Below are positions 19,683 through 28,265 of a DNA stretch of 64,000 bases, one piece after another. The stretch's first letter is position 1, and each line of letters opens with the position of its first letter. Location: contig JBJBCN010000003.1 of NCBI GenBank assembly GCA_047285805.1, forward strand, positions 256,001 to 320,000. Direction: 5' to 3'. This DNA comes from Synechococcus sp. Lineage in GTDB: Bacteria; Cyanobacteriota; Cyanobacteriia; PCC-6307; Cyanobiaceae. Both the position numbers and the translations under genes were made by a program. The notes under the pieces are model-generated. The model did no database searches and was not told the origin of the DNA. It saw only the letters and a program-made list of their open reading frames with translations.

Positions 19683-20834
19683 ATGAGCATGACTGGAGAC
19701 TCAATTTGTGCTTACGCAGGTTCAGATTTTGCATATAAGATTTTCATCTGTGCTGAACAACAGGATCTAAAGACGTTTGTTGAAGAAGTCGTCAGAAGTA
19801 AGTCTTCAATTGTATTGTTCATTGACTCGTACATTGTAGATTCTCCTGCCTGCAAAGACATTATTCAAGAGTTCACAATTGCCCTAGATGAGGGCATAGG
19901 ATGCACACTGTTTGTCAAATGCTTAGATGCCGGGAAACAAGCAAAGAGCCTGTCAACATTAGGTGATCTAGCTGAATGGTTAGTTGACACGGGAGTTCAG
20001 AGAGATAGTTTGTTTGTGGGCATTGGTGGAGGAGTTATTGGGGATTTGGTTGGACTTCTTTCTGCACTTTATTATAGAGGTGTAGATCTAGTACATATCC
20101 CAACCAATTTATTGTCGATGACGGATTCGGCAATAGGAGGTAAGACTGCTGTCAACACTAGTCGACATGTAAATAGTCTCGGTACGTACAAGCATCCTAT
20201 AGGAACACTCGTTTATCTGCCATTCTTGGAAACGCTGCCTACGAGAGATCTTTGTGCCGGCTTAGCAGAAGTATTAAAGATTAGTCTCTTAAGAGATGAT
20301 GGGCTTTTAGAAATACTTGAAAGCGCAGACAACCTGCACTCATTACTTAGAAATGGGCAAGGTGCACTTATTATAAAGAAGGCCATAGAGTATAAACTGG
20401 TATTTACTGGCAGCGACATTGAAGAAAGGCATAGAAGGCTATTTCTGAATATCGGGCATACATTCGGACATGCCATTGAGGCAATCCAGGATTTGCGGAA
20501 TGAAGAGTATTACCGTCACGGCGAGGCTGTGGCACTTGGTCTGCTATGTAGCTCATATATATCTGAATCATTGTATGGTATTAATGTGCTAGACAGGGTA
20601 AAGACGTTGTTAGAGAAGTACAACCTGCCTGTCAAGTTAGATCGAATTTTTCATGAAGGTTTTTCCGATGCAGATGAGCTTGTTGAGAGTTTAGTCAGGC
20701 TATCATTAAAGGATAAAAAAGGTCAGCGCGGAAAACTGCGCATTGTTTTAATGGAGAACTATTTTTCACCTGTTATTTTGGAGACTGATAATAGGAGACT
20801 CCTGATAGAGGCGTTTAAATGCATAATAGATTAG
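19683..20834 (+). CDS. 3-dehydroquinate synthase-like sugar-phosphate cyclase (accessory AroB paralogue)
   Basis: GGGVIGD, YYRG, PTNLLSMTDSAIGGKT, AEVLK, RLFLNIGHTFGHAIE, HGEAV, DKK; AT-rich codon usage. Confidence 0.85.
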   Translation: MSMTGDSICAYAGSDFAYKIFICAEQQDLKTFVEEVVRSKSSIVLFIDSYIVDSPACKDIIQEFTIALDEGIGCTLFVKCLDAGKQAKSLSTLGDLAEWLVDTGVQRDSLFVGIGGGVIGDLVGLLSALYYRGVDLVHIPTNLLSMTDSAIGGKTAVNTSRHVNSLGTYKHPIGTLVYLPFLETLPTRDLCAGLAEVLKISLLRDDGLLEILESADNLHSLLRNGQGALIIKKAIEYKLVFTGSDIEERHRRLFLNIGHTFGHAIEAIQDLRNEEYYRHGEAVALGLLCSSYISESLYGINVLDRVKTLLEKYNLPVKLDRIFHEGFSDADELVESLVRLSLKDKKGQRGKLRIVLMENYFSPVILETDNRRLLIEAFKCIID

Positions 20835-22102
20835 TTAGGGAGATAGTCAGAAGAAGCAATTATCGATGGGGCCGGATAAGCAAGCGAGATGAAGCAGCAA
20901 AGTATGTGGGGGCTACTATCAGGGATCTGCTACGTCGAGCATATTACGCTTTCAGAGTTTTAGTCCAAGCAGAGCGCATTAATAAGCTAGAGAATATTTG
21001 CAGCAAAAGACAGTTAGTTGCCTATAGTAGAAATAGCGATGGATCAATCAATCATTGGTTAGACAAATACTTTGGTGAAGGGACAGAGTTGATTGACTCT
21101 GTAATCGTTGAGATATCAGCATGCGGAACGGTAAATCTCTGGGAAAGCAAAATGATTGCGGGATCATATGTCCAGTTAGTGCTGCCAGGCCTTGCGTGTA
21201 GGGATTATGTTCTTTTGTTATTAAAAGCAATACGCGTGTATAAAGAGGCGATAAGTCAGCGATCGGCATATTATGCGCAGGTCGAGTCATTCAGAATAGC
21301 AATAGACTACATTCTTAAGCATTTTGCACCGAGCAGTATTGCTTTCCCGTTTGAAGGACAATATTGGGAACAGGTAATTTGCATGATGAGTCGAATAAAT
21401 GGATGCAAGACATATGGCGTATTGCATGCTTTGAATATTAGCTGCTCATTGAATAGTCGACTTGAATTTCATAATGTGCTTTCCCCGGATCATTTTATCT
21501 CGCAATCAGTATACACAAGTTTATTCCTGCAAAAGTTCTTTGGATGGCCTAGACATAAAGCTTGCCTGAAGCGACTTAAGGGTAAGTATCCCTTGAGTCG
21601 TGTCATCGGTGTGCAGAATAAAATAAAAGACACTTCGGATGCCAATGAGATCTTGATACTTGGTAGCTACATGCTGACTGAAGATCTTTCAGCCTTTAGG
21701 TTGCTTAAGTTGCACTTCCCTGGCGCAGTTTACTACTATAAGTCTCACCCACTTAGACGTTCAGACAAAGAGTTTATGTTGTCAATCCATAAGCATTGTG
21801 AGATTCTTCTATGGGATGGAGAAGATAGTGTAGTTTTTGATATCATATTGTCACCACTATCTAGTACAGTTTCTCTAGAATTATTCTTGGCCGGTCAGGA
21901 AAATTTGCTTGTGTATGGACTTTCTAATGGATGCACGCCAAACCCATTTGAGCAGTTTGAGATCAAGCTTCGTACTGAAGCAGCGGCGGATGATGCCAAG
22001 CTATGGTCTTTAGAAAGTGAGCAATCTGTAGCTTCTATAAAAGAGGAGATTTGCGCCCATCAACCCTTAGAAATCGGAAAGCTGGCCCGCTGTCCCAAGT
22101 GA
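20819..22102 (+). CDS. Hypothetical protein, possible CMP-sugar-dependent glycosyltransferase
   Basis: 427 aa; YKSHP motif followed by SSTVSLE; operon context with KdsB-like gene. Confidence 0.45.
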   Translation: MHNRLVREIVRRSNYRWGRISKRDEAAKYVGATIRDLLRRAYYAFRVLVQAERINKLENICSKRQLVAYSRNSDGSINHWLDKYFGEGTELIDSVIVEISACGTVNLWESKMIAGSYVQLVLPGLACRDYVLLLLKAIRVYKEAISQRSAYYAQVESFRIAIDYILKHFAPSSIAFPFEGQYWEQVICMMSRINGCKTYGVLHALNISCSLNSRLEFHNVLSPDHFISQSVYTSLFLQKFFGWPRHKACLKRLKGKYPLSRVIGVQNKIKDTSDANEILILGSYMLTEDLSAFRLLKLHFPGAVYYYKSHPLRRSDKEFMLSIHKHCEILLWDGEDSVVFDIILSPLSSTVSLELFLAGQENLLVYGLSNGCTPNPFEQFEIKLRTEAAADDAKLWSLESEQSVASIKEEICAHQPLEIGKLARCPK

Positions 22103-22144
22103 AGTCTTTTGATAGGTTAAAATAGAAGTTGGCCAAAACAACCA

Positions 22145-24184
22145 ATGACGAGTATTAGTCCTAAATACATAAGGTATATAGATGGGCTAAGAGCACTTGC
22201 TGTTGGTGGTGTGTTCATGAACCACCTCAACGAGGAGCTGCTGAAGAGTGGTTTTTTGGGTGTTGATATATTCTTTGTGATTTCAGGTTTTGTAATTACG
22301 GGGTCGCTTGTAAAGAGCAGAGATCTTTCTCTCGGTGCTTTTTTAAAGCATTTTTATAAACGACGGATCCTAAGGATATTTCCTGCCTTACTATTTTATC
22401 TTCTTGTCGTTGGGTTACTTACAGCATTAATGGTACCCGAGCCATCTTTCTACCTGAAGACAGGCACAAGTGCTGTGTTCGGCTATTCGAATATATTGCT
22501 TGCTAAGGAAGCTGTGAATTATTTCGGCTCTGATGCTGCTTTTAACCCTTTTACTCAGACATGGTCTCTAGGTGTTGAAGAGCAGTTCTATGTATTAATA
22601 CCTGTAATACTCTGGTTGTTCTTTAGATTTAGAGGGCATACTCAATCTGATGGCGACCAAGAGTTGCCTGCTCCCCTGGTCAGATTTATAAGCCTGTTTT
22701 CATTGCTATCACTTTTGTTTTTTGGTGCGGTAGCCGTTATCAGACCACATTTTGCATATTTCTTGATGCCCTTCCGATTTTGGGAAATGGGTCTTGGTGT
22801 CTTAGCATTCCATTTTAGGAACAAGGTTTTTGCGAAAGGGAACCAGCAGCAAGTCCTTTGTAAAGCCATATCAGCAGCTTCCCTTATTATTATCGGCTGT
22901 AGCCTATTTGCGATTAGGGATTATCAGATAGTTTCGACAATAAGTGTGTGTCTTGCGACTACGCTTTTAATAGCTACAACAGCGGATTTGTCTCCTGCCT
23001 CGAGGATACTTTCCTGGAGGCCGTTGGTTTACTTAGGGAAGATTTCCTACTCATTATATCTATGGCATTGGGGCTTGATTGCTTTAAGTAAGTGGAGTTT
23101 CGGGTATACCAGATATTCTTACGTGTTAGTAGTAGTCATGACTTTTGTGCTATCGGTTGCCTCTTATCACCTTATAGAGCAGAAGTTCAGATACATCAAG
23201 CAAAGTCCTGACAGATTAGTTTTTGGCGTTGGTATATCATCCCTTCTTTTGTCATCAGCTGTTTTGTTCGGACTTGAGAATATTTCTAATCTTATTCCAA
23301 TTGGCGTTAATAATAGGCACAAGCCACAAAATATGCTCGTGAACCAGGGGCATATCCATGATCAATTAACGAAGTGCCATACTCCTAAAGATATTTCAAG
23401 GATGGCGAAAAAGTGCTTAGGTACTGAGATAAGTCTATCCTCGAATAAACAAGCGGTTTATATATTAGGTGATAGTCATGCGTCACAACTCTACCCCTCG
23501 GTTGTAAGTGCATTAGACGGACTGCGACGCAATGCTTACGTCTTTTATTTGGCAGAGAATGGCTTTGTGATGAGTATTACAAGCTCAGGTTTTCTGAATC
23601 AGTTTCTTGAAAGAGATGCTTGTTTTGGTTTTACAAGTAGTTCTTGCCTTCCCAACAGCTTTTCTATAATTAAAGACATATTGAGAAACCGACTGAGGCA
23701 CGGAGACGTTGTGATCTTTTCGCTTGCAAGCTATAGGGTAAGTAAGGATAGTGAGGCGAAGCTGCCGCGGAGCTACAATCCGGAATCTGTTTCCAACCTT
23801 GAACATAGCCTCAAGGAATTAGGTAGAGCAATTAAACCTACAAAAGCAACTCTCGTTCTCCTTGACGATATCATTGCAACATGCAGGTATCCCGGGTTGA
23901 ATTACGAGTTCCTAGTCTTGGATAAAGGTAATATCGAGGCATGCACAATCGATAAGTCTATTGGCATTCAAGATAGGGCAGGTTTTACAATGGCGCTCAA
24001 GAATTCAGCTAAAGCTTTAGATAACGTTTTGTATTATGATTTTGCCAGTGAGCTATGCGATAAGAATACCTGCTCTGTTTTAGATCCACGGAGTAAGCGT
24101 CTTCTCTATTCAGACAGCCGCAACCATTTCACAGCTACCTATCCTGACCCATTAAGGGATCAGATGATGAGAGTACTTGAGTAG
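22145..24184 (+). CDS. O-acyltransferase, acyltransferase-3 plus SGNH domain (OafA-like)
   Basis: IDGLRALAV, GVDIFFVISGF, RRILRIFP, WSLGVEEQFY, SYSLYLWHW, GDSHA, DSRNH. Confidence 0.9.
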   Translation: MTSISPKYIRYIDGLRALAVGGVFMNHLNEELLKSGFLGVDIFFVISGFVITGSLVKSRDLSLGAFLKHFYKRRILRIFPALLFYLLVVGLLTALMVPEPSFYLKTGTSAVFGYSNILLAKEAVNYFGSDAAFNPFTQTWSLGVEEQFYVLIPVILWLFFRFRGHTQSDGDQELPAPLVRFISLFSLLSLLFFGAVAVIRPHFAYFLMPFRFWEMGLGVLAFHFRNKVFAKGNQQQVLCKAISAASLIIIGCSLFAIRDYQIVSTISVCLATTLLIATTADLSPASRILSWRPLVYLGKISYSLYLWHWGLIALSKWSFGYTRYSYVLVVVMTFVLSVASYHLIEQKFRYIKQSPDRLVFGVGISSLLLSSAVLFGLENISNLIPIGVNNRHKPQNMLVNQGHIHDQLTKCHTPKDISRMAKKCLGTEISLSSNKQAVYILGDSHASQLYPSVVSALDGLRRNAYVFYLAENGFVMSITSSGFLNQFLERDACFGFTSSSCLPNSFSIIKDILRNRLRHGDVVIFSLASYRVSKDSEAKLPRSYNPESVSNLEHSLKELGRAIKPTKATLVLLDDIIATCRYPGLNYEFLVLDKGNIEACTIDKSIGIQDRAGFTMALKNSAKALDNVLYYDFASELCDKNTCSVLDPRSKRLLYSDSRNHFTATYPDPLRDQMMRVLE

Positions 24185-24247
24185 ATAAAAGCTATGACGC
24201 ACTAAAGTCAGCTACAATAAACATGTACTTTTCGGCCTCAATACGTA

Positions 24248-25042
24248 GTGTTCACAAGACTTCTGCGATACTTTTGGGATGCAAGGCTTGAGTCCACAAC
24301 CGCTGTTAAGGCAAAGGGTCAGTATCTGTTCGCTGTTTACGACTTTGGGCCAATCACTCGGATGAGGGCGAAGACCTTTGAAGTGAAGGAACCAGATACG
24401 CTTAAATGGATTGATAGCTTTAAAGAAGGCGATACTTTTCTGGATATAGGTGCAAACATAGGCATTTATAGTATATATTGCGCGATGCGCGGGGTTCGAA
24501 CTGTTTGCATAGAACCAGATGCACTAAATTTTGCATTATTAAACCTAAATACGAGGCTAAACTGCTTAGGTGGGCTAATAAGTTCTTACTGTGTCGCAGT
24601 TTATGACGCATGCAAGTATTCTCTCTTTTATAGTTCTTCTAATACATGGGGTGGTGCATTAAACAGTTTTGATCAATCGCCGACAGAATCAAGTCAATAC
24701 ACAAGGCTTGACTCTGAGATCTATGCTCAAGGATGTTATGGAACTACTTTGGATGGTTTCTTATGTTCAATAGATTTTTTTCCATCTCATATCAAGATTG
24801 ATATTGATGGAAACGAATTAGCAACCCTAAGAGGTGCATCAAAGACTCTACATGACACCAGACTCAAGTCGGTACTTATAGAACTTGACGAGTCAGACAC
24901 AGAGTATAAAGACTGCCTCAGCCACCTAGAGTCGTCAGGCTTGGTCTTAGCTTCAAAGCAAATATCTGACTACGTAAAGAGTGCGGGACTAATCAAAAAT
25001 ATTAGCAATCATATTTACTATCGACTGCAAAGTCAGAATTGA
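24248..25042 (+). CDS. FkbM family methyltransferase
   Basis: FLDIGANIGIYS, IKIDIDGNE. Confidence 0.85.
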   Translation: MFTRLLRYFWDARLESTTAVKAKGQYLFAVYDFGPITRMRAKTFEVKEPDTLKWIDSFKEGDTFLDIGANIGIYSIYCAMRGVRTVCIEPDALNFALLNLNTRLNCLGGLISSYCVAVYDACKYSLFYSSSNTWGGALNSFDQSPTESSQYTRLDSEIYAQGCYGTTLDGFLCSIDFFPSHIKIDIDGNELATLRGASKTLHDTRLKSVLIELDESDTEYKDCLSHLESSGLVLASKQISDYVKSAGLIKNISNHIYYRLQSQN

Positions 25043-25070
25043 CTTTTGCCTTGGTTCTGAAGTGGATGTA

Positions 25071-25886
25071 TTAGCTATGAAATATATTTAGGCATGAATC
25101 ATCGAGGTCAGGGTTCTGGAATATTACTGGTCTGCAAATCGGCATTCGTGACTTTATAACTAATAGACCTTCAAGATTTGAGATTCTTAGTGACTTTGTT
25201 CCCTTAGCTGAAATTCTTAGCGAAGACAGTACTTGATGATAACTGGTTTGGGCATGGCTTTTTATTGTTATTTCTAAGTTTTTGTCAGTCGGATTATTGA
25301 AGACAAGATCATATATGGATTCAGGATCAAATAGGTAGTTAGGAATGTATTCAAATTCATACCGCCGCTGCTTCGCTGCGTTTTCCTCATAACTTTGAGG
25401 GCTCATGCCTCCAAAGTTACCATGAACAACACTCCCCATTTGACCAACGAGTTTTGATTGACGAAGATAGCCTCTATGAAGAGGTATGGGTTGAATGTCG
25501 TTTACACAGAAGTCATATTGAGTATCTTGGTTAAGATAGACGCTGTGCGTAAAAGAAATATACGGATGGTTAGGCGCTACTGAAGTGCGCGGTGGATCAA
25601 GTTCAAAACGAGGAAAGTACTTATCTGTGTAGAAACGATTTTTCCCCATGGGAAGGCCTTCTGCGTTAAAAAAGTGAAATTCATGGGTTGCATTGCAAGA
25701 TGAGGTCATCAGTAATGCGTAGATATTCTCAGCGAGAAACGTGGAGCTGGCATAGTCAGCTCTCATCACAAATAAGTCGCTATATTCCTGTGCAGGAGCA
25801 AGAGCAGAGCTTAGAGAGTACGGCTTAAAGTCTCTATTCTTGAGGTGTTCAAGTAGTATAGCTATTTTGGCTTTAGTATCAGTCAA
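25071..25886 (-). CDS. Hypothetical protein
   Basis: 271 aa ORF in AT-rich DNA, 8-bp overlap with upstream ORF; no recognised motif. Confidence 0.65.
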   Translation of the reverse strand: MTDTKAKIAILLEHLKNRDFKPYSLSSALAPAQEYSDLFVMRADYASSTFLAENIYALLMTSSCNATHEFHFFNAEGLPMGKNRFYTDKYFPRFELDPPRTSVAPNHPYISFTHSVYLNQDTQYDFCVNDIQPIPLHRGYLRQSKLVGQMGSVVHGNFGGMSPQSYEENAAKQRRYEFEYIPNYLFDPESIYDLVFNNPTDKNLEITIKSHAQTSYHQVLSSLRISAKGTKSLRISNLEGLLVIKSRMPICRPVIFQNPDLDDSCLNIFHS

Positions 25887-26781
25887 TGTGTTCAGCCCAT
25901 GAAGATTTCAGCACGGATACTAGCTCAAACTTACTGCTTCCCCATAGCATTTCATGGGGTGGATGAGTATGTTCTACGTCTATTTCTTCGTACTGTGAAT
26001 TGGCTGATATATTCAGAAAGACTGGTATGAATGATGCAGATTTCGAGACGAGCAAATGCGAATCATCAAACAGGGATGGAAATAGACTTGTGATGTTAAT
26101 TAAGTTTGCTGAATTGGTCTTGACGCTAATCTGACCAACCGTCTCTTTAGTATTTGGGTTTAATATTGAGATTTGATGGCTACTTGAGTTCTCCGCGTCA
26201 GCCACTAAGTTCATGAAGAAGCAATATGTCATACATTCTGCTGGGCTTCTATCTGCTCGCAGACTATCAAAACTTAGGAAAGAGCCATTGCATCTCTGTG
26301 CCATACGAGCCGGATATTCACCTTGATAACACGCGACTGAGCGTCCATACTTAAATTGATAAGAAACTCTCTCTGATACAGGCGCCAGGTCAAGCTTTCG
26401 TGAACACGGATCCGGTAGATATCGAGTCTCCTTAGGGCTGTTCACAGAAAGAGTCGGAATCATAATCAAAAATGAAGAAGGCTCATAAGAAGAAGCGCTT
26501 ACCACTCTGCTATCCCCAGGTTCGCATTTAATCGTTTCGAGTAGATGCCACTTGAAAGAATTCAAGTTATATATATGCAGATAAATAGTTTTTGTCAAAT
26601 AACTTAGATCTGAGCCTTTGCTGATCTGATTTGCAGGAGAGTTGACGAATAGCAAGTTCGTCGAAATAATCCTGGAATGTTGACCTAAATCGTTTTGGAA
26701 GGAGTGTGTGAAAGAAGGGAAAAGAGGGAAGTAGCAACTCATGCAAAAGATGTTAGGCGGACGGCCGCGATTATGCGACAA
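25879..26781 (-). CDS. Hypothetical protein
   Basis: 300 aa ORF (ATG alternative at 26742); no recognised motif. Confidence 0.65.
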   Translation of the reverse strand: MSHNRGRPPNIFCMSCYFPLFPSFTHSFQNDLGQHSRIISTNLLFVNSPANQISKGSDLSYLTKTIYLHIYNLNSFKWHLLETIKCEPGDSRVVSASSYEPSSFLIMIPTLSVNSPKETRYLPDPCSRKLDLAPVSERVSYQFKYGRSVACYQGEYPARMAQRCNGSFLSFDSLRADRSPAECMTYCFFMNLVADAENSSSHQISILNPNTKETVGQISVKTNSANLINITSLFPSLFDDSHLLVSKSASFIPVFLNISANSQYEEIDVEHTHPPHEMLWGSSKFELVSVLKSSWAEHID

Positions 26782-26803
26782 TTAGGTCGACTGTAAGTGA
26801 CGC

Positions 26804-27406
26804 ATGGAGTATCTAACAATCGCGAGCAGTAATCAGGGAAAATTAAATGAATTTCGTGAGCTCTTGGTTCATGTCCCTGTGTATGTGCAGAGTCAACCCG
26901 ATGGTTTAAACATACAGGAAACTGGTGCAACCTTCTCCGCCAACGCCCGCCTCAAAGCGGAAGCCGTCGCACAAGCAACGGGACAGTGGGCCTTGGCGGA
27001 CGACTCCGGCCTAAGCGTTGATGCCCTCGGTGGCGCGCCTGGGGTGCACTCGGCCCGCTACGCCACTACGGATGCCGCACGCATTGAGCGTTTGCTCCAG
27101 GAGCTCACGGCAGCCGGTGCCCAAGACCCAATCTCCCGTTCAGCCCGCTTTACCGCTGCCTTAGCTCTCGCTGCCCCCAGCGGACAAGTAGTGCTGGAAG
27201 TGGAAGGGCACTGCCCCGGCCAAATCCTGACGGAAAGCCGCGGTGATGGCGGCTTTGGCTACGACCCCGTCTTCTACGTGCCGGAAGTAAAGCTCACCTT
27301 TGCGGAGATGCCGAAGGAGCTGAAAGCGGAGTTGGGGCATCGAGGTCGCGCCTTCGCTGCCCTGAAACCCCAACTGCAGGCCCTCTTGGCTCAAGACAGG
27401 CAGTAA
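26804..27406 (+). CDS. rdgB: Non-canonical purine NTP pyrophosphatase (RdgB/HAM1)
   Basis: ASSNQGKLNE, ADDSGL, APGVHSARY, GFGYDPVF, HRGRA. Confidence 0.93.
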   Translation: MEYLTIASSNQGKLNEFRELLVHVPVYVQSQPDGLNIQETGATFSANARLKAEAVAQATGQWALADDSGLSVDALGGAPGVHSARYATTDAARIERLLQELTAAGAQDPISRSARFTAALALAAPSGQVVLEVEGHCPGQILTESRGDGGFGYDPVFYVPEVKLTFAEMPKELKAELGHRGRAFAALKPQLQALLAQDRQ

Positions 27407-27875
27407 TCGAGGGCCAAGCTGACCGAGTTGCGCGGGGCAGGCTCTTCATCCAGGTTGAAGCTGGCCGAGAGCACGCGGTTGTAGGCCATCGGCCGTGGCC
27501 TGGGCTTGGCCCTGGCCATCCGCCAGGGCCTGACGCATCAATTGGGCTTGCACGATCTCGCTCTGCCGCTCGCAACCAATGAGGTGAAGCCGTTGAGGTT
27601 TACTCCAGCCACTCACCAAAGGCTTCAAAGCAAAGCGCAATCGCTCCAGCCGAGCGTTGATCTGCTGCATGACGTCAGCCTTGCTCGCCGCCGCCTCCGA
27701 GAGGCACAAGTTGAAGCGAAAGCGATCGAAGGCGGTCGCTTCCGCTCTCGTTGACCTGCAGTTGGTACAAGGTGCCGCTGCAACGATTACCACCCCCGGC
27801 CTGGGCGGCTTGGACCACGGCCAAAGGCATCAGGACGAGAGCGCGGCTGAAGGCGGAAGAACGCAAACGGAACAT
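27391..27875 (-). pseudogene. SIMPL (DUF541)-like gene, frameshifted and internally deleted
   Basis: One protein spread over three frames: signal+CSGTLYQLQVNESG / DRFRFNLCL..INARLERLR..LMRQALADG / FNLDEEPAPRNSVSLALDYCLS* (stop 27391-27393). Confidence 0.7.
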
Positions 27876-27968
27876 GGCTCCAACGGCTGAGAATTGCGGT
27901 CTAGGGGCGATCGAAGGTGCGGTCACAACAGGACCCAGCCGGAGCTGCGACGAAATCCAACTGGCCCC

Positions 27969-28265
27969 TCAAATCACCCCGAGATCACCCACAACAGAGC
28001 GCCACTGCTGCAGCGTCCACTCGACCCCGCCACTGAGGAGCATCGGATCCTGCTGAATCAGCGCTTCGGCTTCGCGGTAATCCTCCGCCTGCAGCAACAG
28101 CAATCCCCCGCCACCCGGCTGACCCTCGCCGTCAACGAGATAGCCGCTGCTGAGCACCAGACCCTCAGCACGCCGTTGCTCGACCCAGCGGCGATGGGCC
28201 TCGAGATGAGGTTTCATCTCGACGTAGGGCCGCAGGAAGCGCTCTGTTTTAACAAACCAGGGCAT
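27969..28265 (-). CDS. YciI family protein
   Basis: HLEAHRRW, SG...GGGGLL, DPM. Confidence 0.85.
   Translation of the reverse strand: MPWFVKTERFLRPYVEMKPHLEAHRRWVEQRRAEGLVLSSGYLVDGEGQPGGGGLLLLQAEDYREAEALIQQDPMLLSGGVEWTLQQWRSVVGDLGVI

Larger units (their letters stand above)
17199..26803. other. AT-rich glycan-biosynthesis islet B
   Basis: GC drop between PGM and rdgB; nine ORFs; no mobility gene. Confidence 0.85.

Noticed and set aside
19683..20834. Mycosporine (MAA) sunscreen cluster
   Set aside because: Cyclase has DHQS-type rather than EEVS/DDGS motifs; no MysB-type O-methyltransferase or ATP-grasp ligase
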